The notes under the pieces: generated by a model
Database searches by the model: none
Seen by the model: the letters and a program-made list of their open reading frames with translations, nothing else
Told to the model about the DNA's origin: nothing
Made by a program: the position numbers and the translations under genes
Source: Candidatus Tayloriibacteriota bacterium
GTDB taxonomy: Bacteria > Patescibacteriota > Minisyncoccia > Phycocordibacterales > PALSA-1337
Assembly: GCA_037130865.1 (NCBI GenBank)
Contig: JBAXSG010000001.1
Span: 41,429 to 105,428, forward strand
Reading direction: 5' to 3'
DNA length: 64,000 nt
Part shown: positions 27,359 to 36,964 of the stretch, piece by piece
Numbering within the stretch: position 1 is the stretch's first letter
How the letters are laid out: the number at the start of each line of letters is the position of its first letter

Positions 27359-28126
27359 TTATCCAATAACTATATCGATAGGGCAATGGTCAGAACCCAT
27401 TATTTCATCAAGGATTCTAGCTTTTGTCACGCGTGCAAGTATTCCTTTGGTGGCGAAAAAGTAGTCGATTCTCCAACCAACATTGCGATCTCTGGCAAAA
27501 GTTTTCATATCCCAATACGTATATTTCCCGACCTCACCAGAGTGAAAATGTCGGAACACATCTGTATATCCTGCATCGACAACTTTATCCATCCAAGCAC
27601 GCTCGATTGGTAGAAAACCGGTGTTGTCAATATTTTCTTTGGGACGTGCAAGATCCATCTCTGTGTGAGCTGTATTGATGTCACCACAAAAGATAATCTC
27701 ACGACCTTCATTCTTCAACTTATTTATATAATTCAAAAAGTGATCATAGTAGCGGAGCTTAAAGGACAAGCGCTCTGGACCGCCACCGCCGTTAGGGAAG
27801 TAATTATTCAAAAGGACAAAATCCTTAAAAAACAATGCCAAGAAACGTCCCTCTTGGTCATATTCTGGAATTCCCATGCCATATTCGACTTTATCGGGTT
27901 TTATTTTCGAATAAACAGCTACTCCGCTATAACCTTTGCGGCCTTTTGAGTGATCGAAGTATGAAAAATACCCAGCTGGGTTACGAACACCTTCTTCAAG
28001 CTGATCTGGGTGAGCTTTTGTCTCCTGAATACAGAAAATATCAGGGGACTCGTTGATAAACCAATCAAAACTGCCTTTTTTAACATTTGCTCGTAGCCCG
28101 TTTACATTCCATGAAATGATACGCAT
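27359..28126 (-). CDS. xth: exodeoxyribonuclease III (AP endonuclease)
   Basis: MRIISWNVNGLRA...IFCIQETKA...GDHCPI... are EEP-family hallmarks. Confidence 0.92.
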   Translation of the reverse strand: MRIISWNVNGLRANVKKGSFDWFINESPDIFCIQETKAHPDQLEEGVRNPAGYFSYFDHSKGRKGYSGVAVYSKIKPDKVEYGMGIPEYDQEGRFLALFFKDFVLLNNYFPNGGGGPERLSFKLRYYDHFLNYINKLKNEGREIIFCGDINTAHTEMDLARPKENIDNTGFLPIERAWMDKVVDAGYTDVFRHFHSGEVGKYTYWDMKTFARDRNVGWRIDYFFATKGILARVTKARILDEIMGSDHCPIDIVIG

Positions 28127-28127
28127 A

Positions 28128-29057
28128 TTATTTTTGTTTATTATGAAACTTCTTATGAATATTTTTCAATTCACTGTCGGTCACGTGCGTGTATATTTGT
28201 GTCGTGCCTATATTCGCGTGGCCAAGAAGCATTTGGACTGAACGAAGATCGGCACCATTGCGCAAAAGATCTGTAGCAAATGAGTGGCGAATAACATGGG
28301 GAGTGACTTTCTTGGAAATCCCGGCTCTGACGGCGTATTGTTTTACAATCCTCTCGACGGAACGCGAAGTAAGACGCAAAGAATCTCTATCTGTTGCAAG
28401 TTTTGTACCTGTAATCTGTATGAAGAGGGCATCGTCCATATCATCTCGCTTATCTAGATAGGATTTGAGCCATTTTTTCGACTCTTCAGAAATAAAGACA
28501 ACGCGCACTTTGTCGCCTTTTCCGCGCACAGAAAGCTCATCAAGTTTCAGATTTATATCGCGGGGCAGGGCACAAAGCTCGGAAACACGCAGTCCGGTAG
28601 AGAAAAGTAGTTCCATAAGCGTGCGGTCGCGCAAACCTCGTAGAGTAGCCGTGTCTGGAGCATCTAGTAGACGACCGAGCTCCTCCATAGTTATAAGATC
28701 AAGTGAGCGCTCTGGTATTTTCGCGAGTTCTATACGATCTGGTGACATAGACTTCACATCCATACGCGCCATGTATTTCAAAAATGCACGCAAAGCAATC
28801 ATATAGTAGTTCTGTGTCTTCCTCTTGAGTGTGGTAAGTGCTGCTCCTTTTTCTTCACGGGTTTCTTGGCGGTTCAACCAGAGACGATACTCACGAACAA
28901 CACTATCATCGATATCTTTAGGGTTTTTCACCTTCGAATGTTCTATGAAACGGCTCAAGTAGCGATCATAATTCTCAACAGTCTTCAAACTGCGGCCTTT
29001 TTCTATTTCAATGTATTCAAGAAACTGCTGTTTTAGATCTGAGATATTGTGCGACAT
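28128..29057 (-). CDS. xerD: tyrosine recombinase XerC/XerD family
   Basis: C-terminal catalytic box ...HVIRHSFATDLLRNGADLRSVQMLLGHANIGTTQIYTHV (R..H.R.Y) and an N-terminal SAM-like domain. Confidence 0.88.
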   Translation of the reverse strand: MSHNISDLKQQFLEYIEIEKGRSLKTVENYDRYLSRFIEHSKVKNPKDIDDSVVREYRLWLNRQETREEKGAALTTLKRKTQNYYMIALRAFLKYMARMDVKSMSPDRIELAKIPERSLDLITMEELGRLLDAPDTATLRGLRDRTLMELLFSTGLRVSELCALPRDINLKLDELSVRGKGDKVRVVFISEESKKWLKSYLDKRDDMDDALFIQITGTKLATDRDSLRLTSRSVERIVKQYAVRAGISKKVTPHVIRHSFATDLLRNGADLRSVQMLLGHANIGTTQIYTHVTDSELKNIHKKFHNKQK

Positions 29058-29265
29058 GGTTATAGTGTAACAGGTGAATCATATTCATGGATACTTGACA
29101 TATATAGTATTGGATGATAGGGTATTTGAGAAAGAGAACAAGGAGGTCAATTGAACAAAGACCCGCCCGAGTAAAAGACGGCCCTCTGCGGACTGTGGGA
29201 CACCTAAAGAATGTGTTGCCACTGCTCCGCCGAGGGTCGTTTAAATTTACTGTTGTTTTTCCAAC

Positions 29266-29294
29266 AGATTTGCATCAAAACCCTATTCGTGCTA
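29266..29294 (+). promoter_or_regulatory. candidate sigma70-type promoter for rpsO (TTGCAT-17-TACTAT)
   Basis: Consensus-like -35/-10 hexamers with 17-nt spacing. The -10 ends 13 nt before the rpsO ATG, implying a very short leader. Confidence 0.4.
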
Positions 29295-29307
29295 CTATAT
29301 TCGCACA

Positions 29308-29577
29308 ATGCTTACAACACGACAAAAGACGAAAGTTATCAAAGAAACAGCTATTCACGCCAAGGATACTGGTTCTTCAGAGGTTCAGGTCGCTATTTTG
29401 ACCAAAAGGATCACAGAATTGACCGATCATTTGAAGAAACACAAAAAAGATAATCATTCTCGCCGCGGTTTGCTCGGTATGGTTGCAGATCGTCAAACAC
29501 ATTTGACTTACCTCAAGAAAAACTATCCTCGTCGTTATTCTTCTATCACAAAGAAGTTGGAGCTCAGGGCTAAATAA
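29308..29577 (+). CDS. rpsO: 30S ribosomal protein S15
   Basis: 89 aa: [13 protein letters not shown]...[29 protein letters not shown], an S15 signature. Confidence 0.93.
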   Translation: MLTTRQKTKVIKETAIHAKDTGSSEVQVAILTKRITELTDHLKKHKKDNHSRRGLLGMVADRQTHLTYLKKNYPRRYSSITKKLELRAK

Positions 29578-29685
29578 TCTAATTTCCATAATAGGGTATA
29601 ATAGTAGTGTGATAAGTCATGGTCTTGTTGTGCGCATTTTAATAATAGTTAGTGTAACGGGCATTTGCCCAAAATTTTAATAAAT

Positions 29686-30207
29686 ATGTCAGTAATAAAA
29701 CATAAGGAACAGCGCGTCGGCGTTTATATCGACACGCAGAACTTGTATCATAGTGGTAAAAATCTTTATCACTCCAAGGTGAATTTCGGCGCCATTGTGA
29801 AAGATGCCGTCGATGGTCGCAGGCTAGTCCGCGCGATCGCCTACGTCATAGCCACAGAATCAGGTGATGAAAATGCCTTTTTCGACGCACTTACCAAGAC
29901 CGGTATCGAAACCAAGGTTAAGGATCTACAAATATTCGGCTCTGGTGCCAAGAAAGCCGATTGGGATGTCGGTATGGCTATAGATGCAGTGAAACTTGCA
30001 CCAAAACTCGACTCAGTTATCTTACTCACAGGTGATGGAGACTTCTGTCCACTCGTCGAGTATCTACAAATGAACCAGGGTTGTCAGGTTGAGGTTGTCT
30101 CATTTGGCAAATCCACTTCTGCCAAGCTTATCGAGGTTGCGGATCATTTCACGGACTTGGATGCTTCGCCAAATAAATATCTCTTGAGATCTGGAGGGAG
30201 AAGGTAA
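29686..30207 (+). CDS. NYN-domain (LabA-like) predicted RNase
   Basis: ...QRVGVYIDTQNLYHSG...SVILLTGDGDFCPLVEYLQ are NYN/LabA motifs. ATG 29686 is preferred over the TTG at 29665. Confidence 0.72.
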   Translation: MSVIKHKEQRVGVYIDTQNLYHSGKNLYHSKVNFGAIVKDAVDGRRLVRAIAYVIATESGDENAFFDALTKTGIETKVKDLQIFGSGAKKADWDVGMAIDAVKLAPKLDSVILLTGDGDFCPLVEYLQMNQGCQVEVVSFGKSTSAKLIEVADHFTDLDASPNKYLLRSGGRR

Positions 30208-30214
30208 AACAAAA

Positions 30215-30236
30215 CTGGTCGCGCGGATGCGACCAG
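30215..30236 (+). promoter_or_regulatory. GC-rich hairpin in the pnp 5-prime region
   Basis: CTGGTCGC-GCGGAT-GCGACCAG, an 8-bp perfect stem about 200 nt upstream of the pnp ATG. Confidence 0.35.
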
Positions 30237-30440
30237 TGGAAGTTGGGTCTCTTGGCCGAAGCCAGATTTATTTAATATTGGCAAAACCTGTGTCGCCATG
30301 CTACATTACTCTTATTGCTACCCAGTATTTTGAGTTTATTAATAGTTAACTTCGCCTCCAGATAGGCAGAGTTGAACGCCGCCTTTATACTTTATATGGC
30401 GCGCTCATTCAAAGCTGAAATCTGTGGGCGACATATTCGC

Positions 30441-32591
30441 ATGACAAAAAAAGAATACTCGATAGATTTCGGCGGTAAGAAGCTTACGGCTGAATTCAAC
30501 GATTTAGCAGATCAAGCCAATGGCGCGGTGATGTTGCGTTATGGCAACACAGTTATCCTCGCAACAGCTGTTATGGGTCGCCTCAAGGATGCCGACTTTT
30601 TTCCATTGACAGTGGATTATGAAGAACGCTTCTACGCAACTGGTCGTATCTTGGGATCACGCTTCGTCCGTAGAGAGGGAAGGCCTTCGACAGAAGCTAT
30701 ATTGTCCGGTCGCATCGTCGATCGCACGATTCGTCCTCTTTTCAATCAGCAGACTCGTAATGAAATACAGGTCATATTGACAACGATTTCTATCGACCAA
30801 GATGATCCAGAAGTTGTGGCTGTTATTGCGGCTTCTCTAGCACTCGGAACCTCGGATATTCCTTGGAATGGTCCGGCTTCTGCAGTCAGAATGTGCAAAA
30901 ACAACGAATGGTTAGTCAATCCTGACTTCAAAGCTCGTGAAGATGCTGGTATTTCACTCGATCTCTTGGCTTGTGGTAAGGATGGCATGATAAATATGAT
31001 CGAAGTATCCTCAAAAGAGGTTGGTGAGACATTGGTAAATGAAGGCTTGGCACTTGCTTCCGCTGAAATCGAAAAGATCCAGGCTTGGCAGAAGAAAATC
31101 ATCGCCGAGATTGGTAAAAAGAAGGCGGTTATCCAACTTCCGGAGATGACTCCTGGGACAAAAGAACTCTTCGATGCTGAGATCGCGCCATTGCTAGAAA
31201 AATACGTATTTTGCAATGAGCCTGGTAAAGAAAAAATACACGAATTGCATGATAAGTGGACTGAACTCTTCGCGGAGAAGTTTCCAGAAGGAAATGCGGC
31301 CATGGCCAATGATATTTTTGAGGAAGCTATCAATAAAACCATTCACGATGGTGCCATAGACAAAAATAAACGTGCTGATAATCGCGACTTCGACACAATC
31401 CGTCCTTTGTCAGTACAAGCCGGCGGTGTTTCTCCGGTGTTGCACGGATCTGGTATCTTCTATCGTGGTGGAACGCACGTCATGTCTGTCCTCACCCTCG
31501 GTTCTCCAGGTGATGCTCAAGTTGTAGAAGGTGTAACTGTGGCTGAAAATAAGCGTTTCATGCACCATTACAATTTTCCTCCTTTCTCAAGTGGTGAAAC
31601 AGGTAAGGTCGGCGGTGTAAATCGTCGCGCTGTAGGTCACGGCGCTCTCGCAGAGAAGGCTTTGTTCCCAGTCATTCCAGAAAAGGATAAATTCCCTTAC
31701 ACTGTACGTCTAGTATCAGAATCTTTTGCTTCAAATGGTTCAACCTCTATGGGATCTGTCTGTGGATCTACGCTCGCACTCATGGACGGCGGAGTTCCAA
31801 TAAAAGCACCTGTTGCTGGTATCGCTTCTGGTCTTATGATGCGCAGCCCGACCGAATATAAGCTCATGACCGACATACAAGGTCCAGAAGATGAACATGG
31901 TGATATGGATTTCAAGGTCGCCGGTACTCGTGAAGGTATAACTGCGGTGCAAATGGACGTGAAAGTCGGAGGTATTCCGCTCAAGATTCTCGCTGAAGCT
32001 TTCGAGAAAGCAAAAACAGCTCGCTACCAGATTATCGACGTTATAGAAAAGGAGATTGCTAAGCCTCGTGAGAAAATATCTCCAAGTGCTCCGGAAATCA
32101 TTGCAATGAAAATAACACCTGACCAGATCGGTCTAGTTATCGGTTCTGGAGGTAAGACAATCAACGAGATCCGCGATGTCACCCACGTGGAAGACATAAC
32201 TATCGAAGATGATGGCTCGGTATTCATCACTGGAAAGGCCGGATCAGCTGAAAAGGCCCGCGAAATCATATTCAATATGACTCGTGAATATATGCCTGGC
32301 GAGAAATTCGACGGCGAAGTCACTCGTCTTATGGACTTCGGTGCCTTCGTAAAGATCGGACCAAACGCAGAAGGACTTGTCCATGTTTCCGAGATTGCAC
32401 CATTCCGTGTCGAACGAGTTGCCACATATCTTATAGAAGGAATGAAAGTCCCAGTCACAGTGAAAGAAGTTGATGATAAAGGAAGAATCAATCTTTCCAT
32501 CAAGGCTGCCAATCCTACTTTCTTCACAAAGAAAGATGAATTACCTGCTCCTCCAAGACCTCCTCGTACTGATTTCAAGAAGAGATACTAG
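30441..32591 (+). CDS. pnp: polynucleotide phosphorylase
   Basis: 716 aa with two RNase PH domains, KH (GLVIGSGGKTINEI) and S1 (GEKFDGEVTRLMDFGAFVKIGPNAEGLVHVSEI) domains. Start is taken at MTKKEYSIDFGGKKL. Confidence 0.93.
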   Translation: MTKKEYSIDFGGKKLTAEFNDLADQANGAVMLRYGNTVILATAVMGRLKDADFFPLTVDYEERFYATGRILGSRFVRREGRPSTEAILSGRIVDRTIRPLFNQQTRNEIQVILTTISIDQDDPEVVAVIAASLALGTSDIPWNGPASAVRMCKNNEWLVNPDFKAREDAGISLDLLACGKDGMINMIEVSSKEVGETLVNEGLALASAEIEKIQAWQKKIIAEIGKKKAVIQLPEMTPGTKELFDAEIAPLLEKYVFCNEPGKEKIHELHDKWTELFAEKFPEGNAAMANDIFEEAINKTIHDGAIDKNKRADNRDFDTIRPLSVQAGGVSPVLHGSGIFYRGGTHVMSVLTLGSPGDAQVVEGVTVAENKRFMHHYNFPPFSSGETGKVGGVNRRAVGHGALAEKALFPVIPEKDKFPYTVRLVSESFASNGSTSMGSVCGSTLALMDGGVPIKAPVAGIASGLMMRSPTEYKLMTDIQGPEDEHGDMDFKVAGTREGITAVQMDVKVGGIPLKILAEAFEKAKTARYQIIDVIEKEIAKPREKISPSAPEIIAMKITPDQIGLVIGSGGKTINEIRDVTHVEDITIEDDGSVFITGKAGSAEKAREIIFNMTREYMPGEKFDGEVTRLMDFGAFVKIGPNAEGLVHVSEIAPFRVERVATYLIEGMKVPVTVKEVDDKGRINLSIKAANPTFFTKKDELPAPPRPPRTDFKKRY

Positions 32592-32637
32592 TCAAGATAT
32601 TAGTCAATGGTCGCGCTTACGCGCTATAATATAGCCC

Positions 32638-33657
32638 ATGGATGAAGACAAAGTTCCGCAACCACCGGTTGTACCACAAACAAAACCAGTAGCACCACTC
32701 AAAACACTCCGTACTTACGAGAGTGATGTCGCTGATATTCTAGCCAAGAGAAATACTTCGGCTGTGACTATTGCTCTGGCTGAAAGCAGAAAAAGTCGTG
32801 GCGGTGAAATCATAGGGAACGGTGATAGCTTCGACTCAAGTCAGACTGGAAAAAAGATTATCGTCATAGTGATAAGTATAATTTTAGTCGTTGGTGGAGT
32901 ATTTGGAGCTTATTATCTATACAGTATAAGCCCATTAGCACCATCACCAGTGGTCTCAAAACCAGCACCTGGATATAGTTCTGTTGTACCTGTAGATTCT
33001 CAGACCGTGCTCACTGTAGACTTGGCAGCTCCATACGACATAGAAAATAAGATCAAATCTGAATTGGCAAAAAGTCAGGCACCAAAAACAATCCGAGAAC
33101 TAGTCTTGGTCGCTACAAATAATACAGACACAAAAAATCCAACCGTTGCGCGTATTCCCGCACCAGCAGTTATAACCGCCTTAAATATATCCATGCCGGA
33201 TATACTGTATCGATCTATTGCTCCAAGTTGGTTGCTTGGTATATATGCAAACGCCCTGGGACAGAAAAGTATATTCGTAGTTGTCACAAATAATTTCTTC
33301 CAAAACTCTTTCGCTGGAATGCTTCAGTGGGAAAATCTCATGGCTGATGACTTAAAAGCTTTCCTTGTACCTAGTGGTGTAAATAACATCGCCAATATAT
33401 CGAACTTCTCTAACCAACAAATCGGCACATCTACAGCAACTAGTACGGATCAATATATATCACAATATACGGTATTGCGTGGACAATTTATAGACAAAAT
33501 TATAAAGAATAAAGACATTCGTGAATTCATTGGGATCGATGGTAAGACAATCTTCTTGTATTCATTTATAGACAATAGCCGCATAATATTTACCGCTGAA
33601 GAAAGTTTGGTAACAGAGATAATCAATCGCCTTGAAAAACAGACAAATCTGCGCTAG
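32638..33657 (+). CDS. hypothetical membrane protein with a Pro-rich N-terminus
   Basis: PQPPVVPQTKPVAP, one TM helix (IIVIVISIILVVGGVFGAYYLY) and a long extracytoplasmic domain. No family recognised. Confidence 0.4.
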   Translation: MDEDKVPQPPVVPQTKPVAPLKTLRTYESDVADILAKRNTSAVTIALAESRKSRGGEIIGNGDSFDSSQTGKKIIVIVISIILVVGGVFGAYYLYSISPLAPSPVVSKPAPGYSSVVPVDSQTVLTVDLAAPYDIENKIKSELAKSQAPKTIRELVLVATNNTDTKNPTVARIPAPAVITALNISMPDILYRSIAPSWLLGIYANALGQKSIFVVVTNNFFQNSFAGMLQWENLMADDLKAFLVPSGVNNIANISNFSNQQIGTSTATSTDQYISQYTVLRGQFIDKIIKNKDIREFIGIDGKTIFLYSFIDNSRIIFTAEESLVTEIINRLEKQTNLR

Positions 33658-33669
33658 ACTGGGGTTGTT

Positions 33670-34035
33670 ATGAATACAAAAGATATAAAATATTTTGAGG
33701 AAAAACTCAATGCTGAGAGAATTGAACTTGAAGAAGAACTCGGTGAAATAGCAAAAAAAGACACTCACAATCGTGGTGGTTGGGAACCTACGGCTGGTAA
33801 CATGGAAGTAGACAACGCCGATGAGAACGAAGTTGCTGACAAATTTGAAGAAATAGAAGAGAACACCATCATTGCAAACCAGCTCGAGAACCAGCTGATA
33901 GAGGTTAAGGCTGCTTTGGATCGTATAAAGACTGGCAAATTCGGCCTCTGTGAGAAATGCGGCAAACCTATAGAAGCCGGTCGTCTTGAAGCCAATCCTT
34001 CTGCTAGATTATCTATCAAACACGAGCACAACTAG
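33670..34035 (+). CDS. DksA/TraR-family C4 zinc-finger protein
   Basis: Coiled-coil N-terminus and C-terminal ...GKFGLCEKCGKPIEAGRLEANPSARLSIKHEH (CxxC...CxxC-type TraR/DksA finger). Confidence 0.78.
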   Translation: MNTKDIKYFEEKLNAERIELEEELGEIAKKDTHNRGGWEPTAGNMEVDNADENEVADKFEEIEENTIIANQLENQLIEVKAALDRIKTGKFGLCEKCGKPIEAGRLEANPSARLSIKHEHN

Positions 34036-34134
34036 GGTTTTTTGAGCAATATTTGAACAATACTTGAGAACTTCTTGAGTATTTCTTCATAACTTTTTCA
34101 TCAGAATTTTATCACATCGCTGTATGATGCTTGT

Positions 34135-35685
34135 ATGAGCATTGCTCAATCATATAGCGCACAACTAGTTGGTCTAGATGCTGAAATAATAACTATCGAG
34201 GTAGATATCTCAAATGGTCTACACTCTTTTTCTGTTATTGGACTCGGTGATCGCTCAGTAGAAGAGTCGAAAGATAGAGTTTCGGCTGCAATAAAAAATA
34301 CTGGTTATACATCTCCTAAACAAAAGAATCAAAAACTGGTTGTTTCTCTGGCGCCAGCCGATGTCCGAAAAGAGGGGCCAGCTTTTGACCTAGCTATTGC
34401 GATCGGTTATCTGGTTGCATCATCGGAAATAGAGTGTGGTCCAAAATACGAAGTGACAAAAAACATATTTCTCGGCGAGCTTTCCTTGGAGGGAAATATC
34501 CGTCGAGTCAGCGGTATCCTGCCTATGCTTTTTTGTGCTCTAAGAAATGGCTTCGGACATGCTTTCATACCAGCAGAAAATGCTCGTGAAGCTTCGTTAG
34601 TACAGGGTATAGATGTGTATGCAGTTTCTACACTGGCAGAGGTGATAGGTCATATAACTGGAAAAAAGACGCTGCAAAAGATTTGTATGGATGATCTTTT
34701 CTCTCAGACCATCTTATTCCAAGACAAATCTACACATCCGGACATATCATTGGTCCGAGGCAATGAAGTCGCAAAAAGAGGATTGGAAATAGCGGCCGCC
34801 GGTGGGCACAATATGCTTATGTATGGATTGCCGGGTACTGGTAAAACTATGCTAGCTCAAAGTCTTCCAACTATATTACCTCCACTTTCTTATGAACAAT
34901 CAATCGAGGTAACAAGTATACATTCGGCGGCGCGCGCCCTAACGTCTGAGTTCATAACCACACCGCCATTTCGCGCGCCGCACCATACCGCCTCTCATAT
35001 CTCTATTATTGGCGGTGGCACTTTTCCAAAACCTGGAGAAATAACTTTGGCCCATCGTGGTGTCATTTTTCTAGACGAATTCCCAGAATTTGACCGACAA
35101 ACTATCGAAGCATTGCGACAACCACTCGAGGAAAGACGAATCACGGTGTCTAGAGCAAAAGGAAGTCTGACATTTCCTGCACAGACTATTTTATTGGCTG
35201 CGATGAACTCTTGTCCTTGTGGAAAACCGAAAAAGAAAGGCTGTATGTGTAGTGAATCAATGATCAGAAACTATTGGCGCAAAATATCTGGACCGATTAT
35301 GGACCGTATCGACATTTGGGTGCACATAGACTCTGTAGAATACAAAAAGTTGTCCGCTCCACCAGAAGAACATAGATGGAGCTCAGCAATCATGGCTGCG
35401 AGAGTACGCAAAGCGCGTGCAAAACAACAAGAACGCTTCAAACAGATCGGCCGACCAATCTATTTCAATAGCGAGATGGGTGCTGCTGATATTGAAAAAG
35501 TCATCGTTATGGATGATCGCGCACGATTTGCATTGGAGACTTCAGCACGTAAGTTCAATCTCTCTGGCCGCGCCTTTCACCGCATAATAAAAGTCGCCAG
35601 GACCATCGCTGATCTGGACGATATAGAAATAATCACACAAAAACAAATACTGGAGGCATTACAATTCAGAAAAAAGAGTACTTAG
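34135..35685 (+). CDS. comM: Mg-chelatase-like AAA+ protein YifB/ComM
   Basis: Lon-protease-like N-terminal domain, Walker A LMYGLPGTGKTMLAQSLPTILPPLS, Walker B VIFLDEFPEF and a C-terminal Mg-chelatase domain. Confidence 0.88.
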   Translation: MSIAQSYSAQLVGLDAEIITIEVDISNGLHSFSVIGLGDRSVEESKDRVSAAIKNTGYTSPKQKNQKLVVSLAPADVRKEGPAFDLAIAIGYLVASSEIECGPKYEVTKNIFLGELSLEGNIRRVSGILPMLFCALRNGFGHAFIPAENAREASLVQGIDVYAVSTLAEVIGHITGKKTLQKICMDDLFSQTILFQDKSTHPDISLVRGNEVAKRGLEIAAAGGHNMLMYGLPGTGKTMLAQSLPTILPPLSYEQSIEVTSIHSAARALTSEFITTPPFRAPHHTASHISIIGGGTFPKPGEITLAHRGVIFLDEFPEFDRQTIEALRQPLEERRITVSRAKGSLTFPAQTILLAAMNSCPCGKPKKKGCMCSESMIRNYWRKISGPIMDRIDIWVHIDSVEYKKLSAPPEEHRWSSAIMAARVRKARAKQQERFKQIGRPIYFNSEMGAADIEKVIVMDDRARFALETSARKFNLSGRAFHRIIKVARTIADLDDIEIITQKQILEALQFRKKST

Positions 35686-36743
35686 AAAGGATTTCGTGCG
35701 CCACGAATCTCGAAGTGCACATGAGGTCCGGTAGATTCACCAGTGGAACCTAGTAGGGCAATCGTCTGACCTTGCGCTACATACTGACCAGCAGAGACAA
35801 GCACCTTGGAGGCGTGTCCGTACAGTGTTTGTGTTCCATTATTATGAGAAATGATGACAAAACTACCATAACCACCGTTCCATCCACCTGTTCTGGCAAC
35901 GATTACAGTTCCTGCGGCAGAAGCGTATATTGGAGTACCTGTCCTATCAGCCAAATCAATCGCATTGTAACCATGTAGACCTTGAGTTCTACGACCACCA
36001 TCGATAGGACGAATATAATAACCTGGATACATTGGTCCATTTGTATCATGTGCTGGGTTATTTCCAACAATAATCTTTATGGGAACAGATATGATTATTT
36101 CAGCGTTCGGTATGATGATCGTATCTCCAACGGCTAGAGTGGAAGTTAAAGAAATATCATTGTAAGCAAGCACATCACCGATATCTGCTTTATATTTCTT
36201 AACGATAGCTTGTATAGTATCGCCTTTTTTCACTGTGTAATTGATTCCGGATATAGGAAGAATGACAAGAGTATCTCCTACATGCAAAGCTGATTTGCTA
36301 TTTATGTTGTTGGCCCACAAAACAGTACTTACTGACACGCCAAACATCTTCGCAACACTAGAAACAGTGTCACCACTCTGAACAACATAGGTGCTGATCT
36401 GTGTATTTATCGGTGTGTCTGAACTTGTATCATTTGTCATGGCGATATCTGCTACAAGTGTCTCTCCGGAACCTATAGGGGAGATCTCGCCGGCTTTATC
36501 AGGATTTGGGTCTATATTGTTTGCGGCTTGAAGCAAAGCTATGTTCTGTGAGTTAGAAGATGAGGCAAATCGGTCCAATTTTGCTGAAACTGGCTGATTC
36601 CAAAGTGATGCCAAAAAAGAAAAAAGACTGGCATTGGCAGTCTTGGTTTGCAGTATGGCAGGTAAACTTATCGCTATGATAAGTGTAATGGTCCAGACGA
36701 AGAAACGCTTATTTGTTTCAGGATTATAGTGTGAATTTTTCAT
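35682..36743 (-). CDS. LysM-domain M23 family metallopeptidase
   Basis: N-terminal TM. Two LysM repeats (YVVQSGDTVSSVAKMFGVSVSTV..., YTVKKGDTIQAIVKKY...). C-terminal M23 motif ...LYGHASKVLVSAGQYVAQGQTIALLGSTGESTGPHVHFEIR. Confidence 0.85.
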   Translation of the reverse strand: MKNSHYNPETNKRFFVWTITLIIAISLPAILQTKTANASLFSFLASLWNQPVSAKLDRFASSSNSQNIALLQAANNIDPNPDKAGEISPIGSGETLVADIAMTNDTSSDTPINTQISTYVVQSGDTVSSVAKMFGVSVSTVLWANNINSKSALHVGDTLVILPISGINYTVKKGDTIQAIVKKYKADIGDVLAYNDISLTSTLAVGDTIIIPNAEIIISVPIKIIVGNNPAHDTNGPMYPGYYIRPIDGGRRTQGLHGYNAIDLADRTGTPIYASAAGTVIVARTGGWNGGYGSFVIISHNNGTQTLYGHASKVLVSAGQYVAQGQTIALLGSTGESTGPHVHFEIRGARNPF

Positions 36744-36964
36744 TATGAATATCTCTCTTCTGAAATGTTACCTCTTGACTCATATGGCTCTGTTGAGCCA
36801 TTATTCTGACATCAAATTCGGAGTAACCTTAACAGAGTAGCAGGGTGACAGCCATTGTCAATGACCCATATACACAAGATGTGCACAGCCATATAAGTTG
36901 ACTGAATGTCAAAATATATTATGTTTTATAACATCTGACGCCTTCTGCATGCTAATATATCCGC

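Noticed and set aside
29090-29125. Second sigma70-like promoter (TTGACA ... ) upstream of rpsO near the xerD start
   Set aside because: The -10 element at the required spacing is poor (TAGGGT or TATTGG). Only the TTGCAT-17-TACTAT candidate closer to rpsO was kept.
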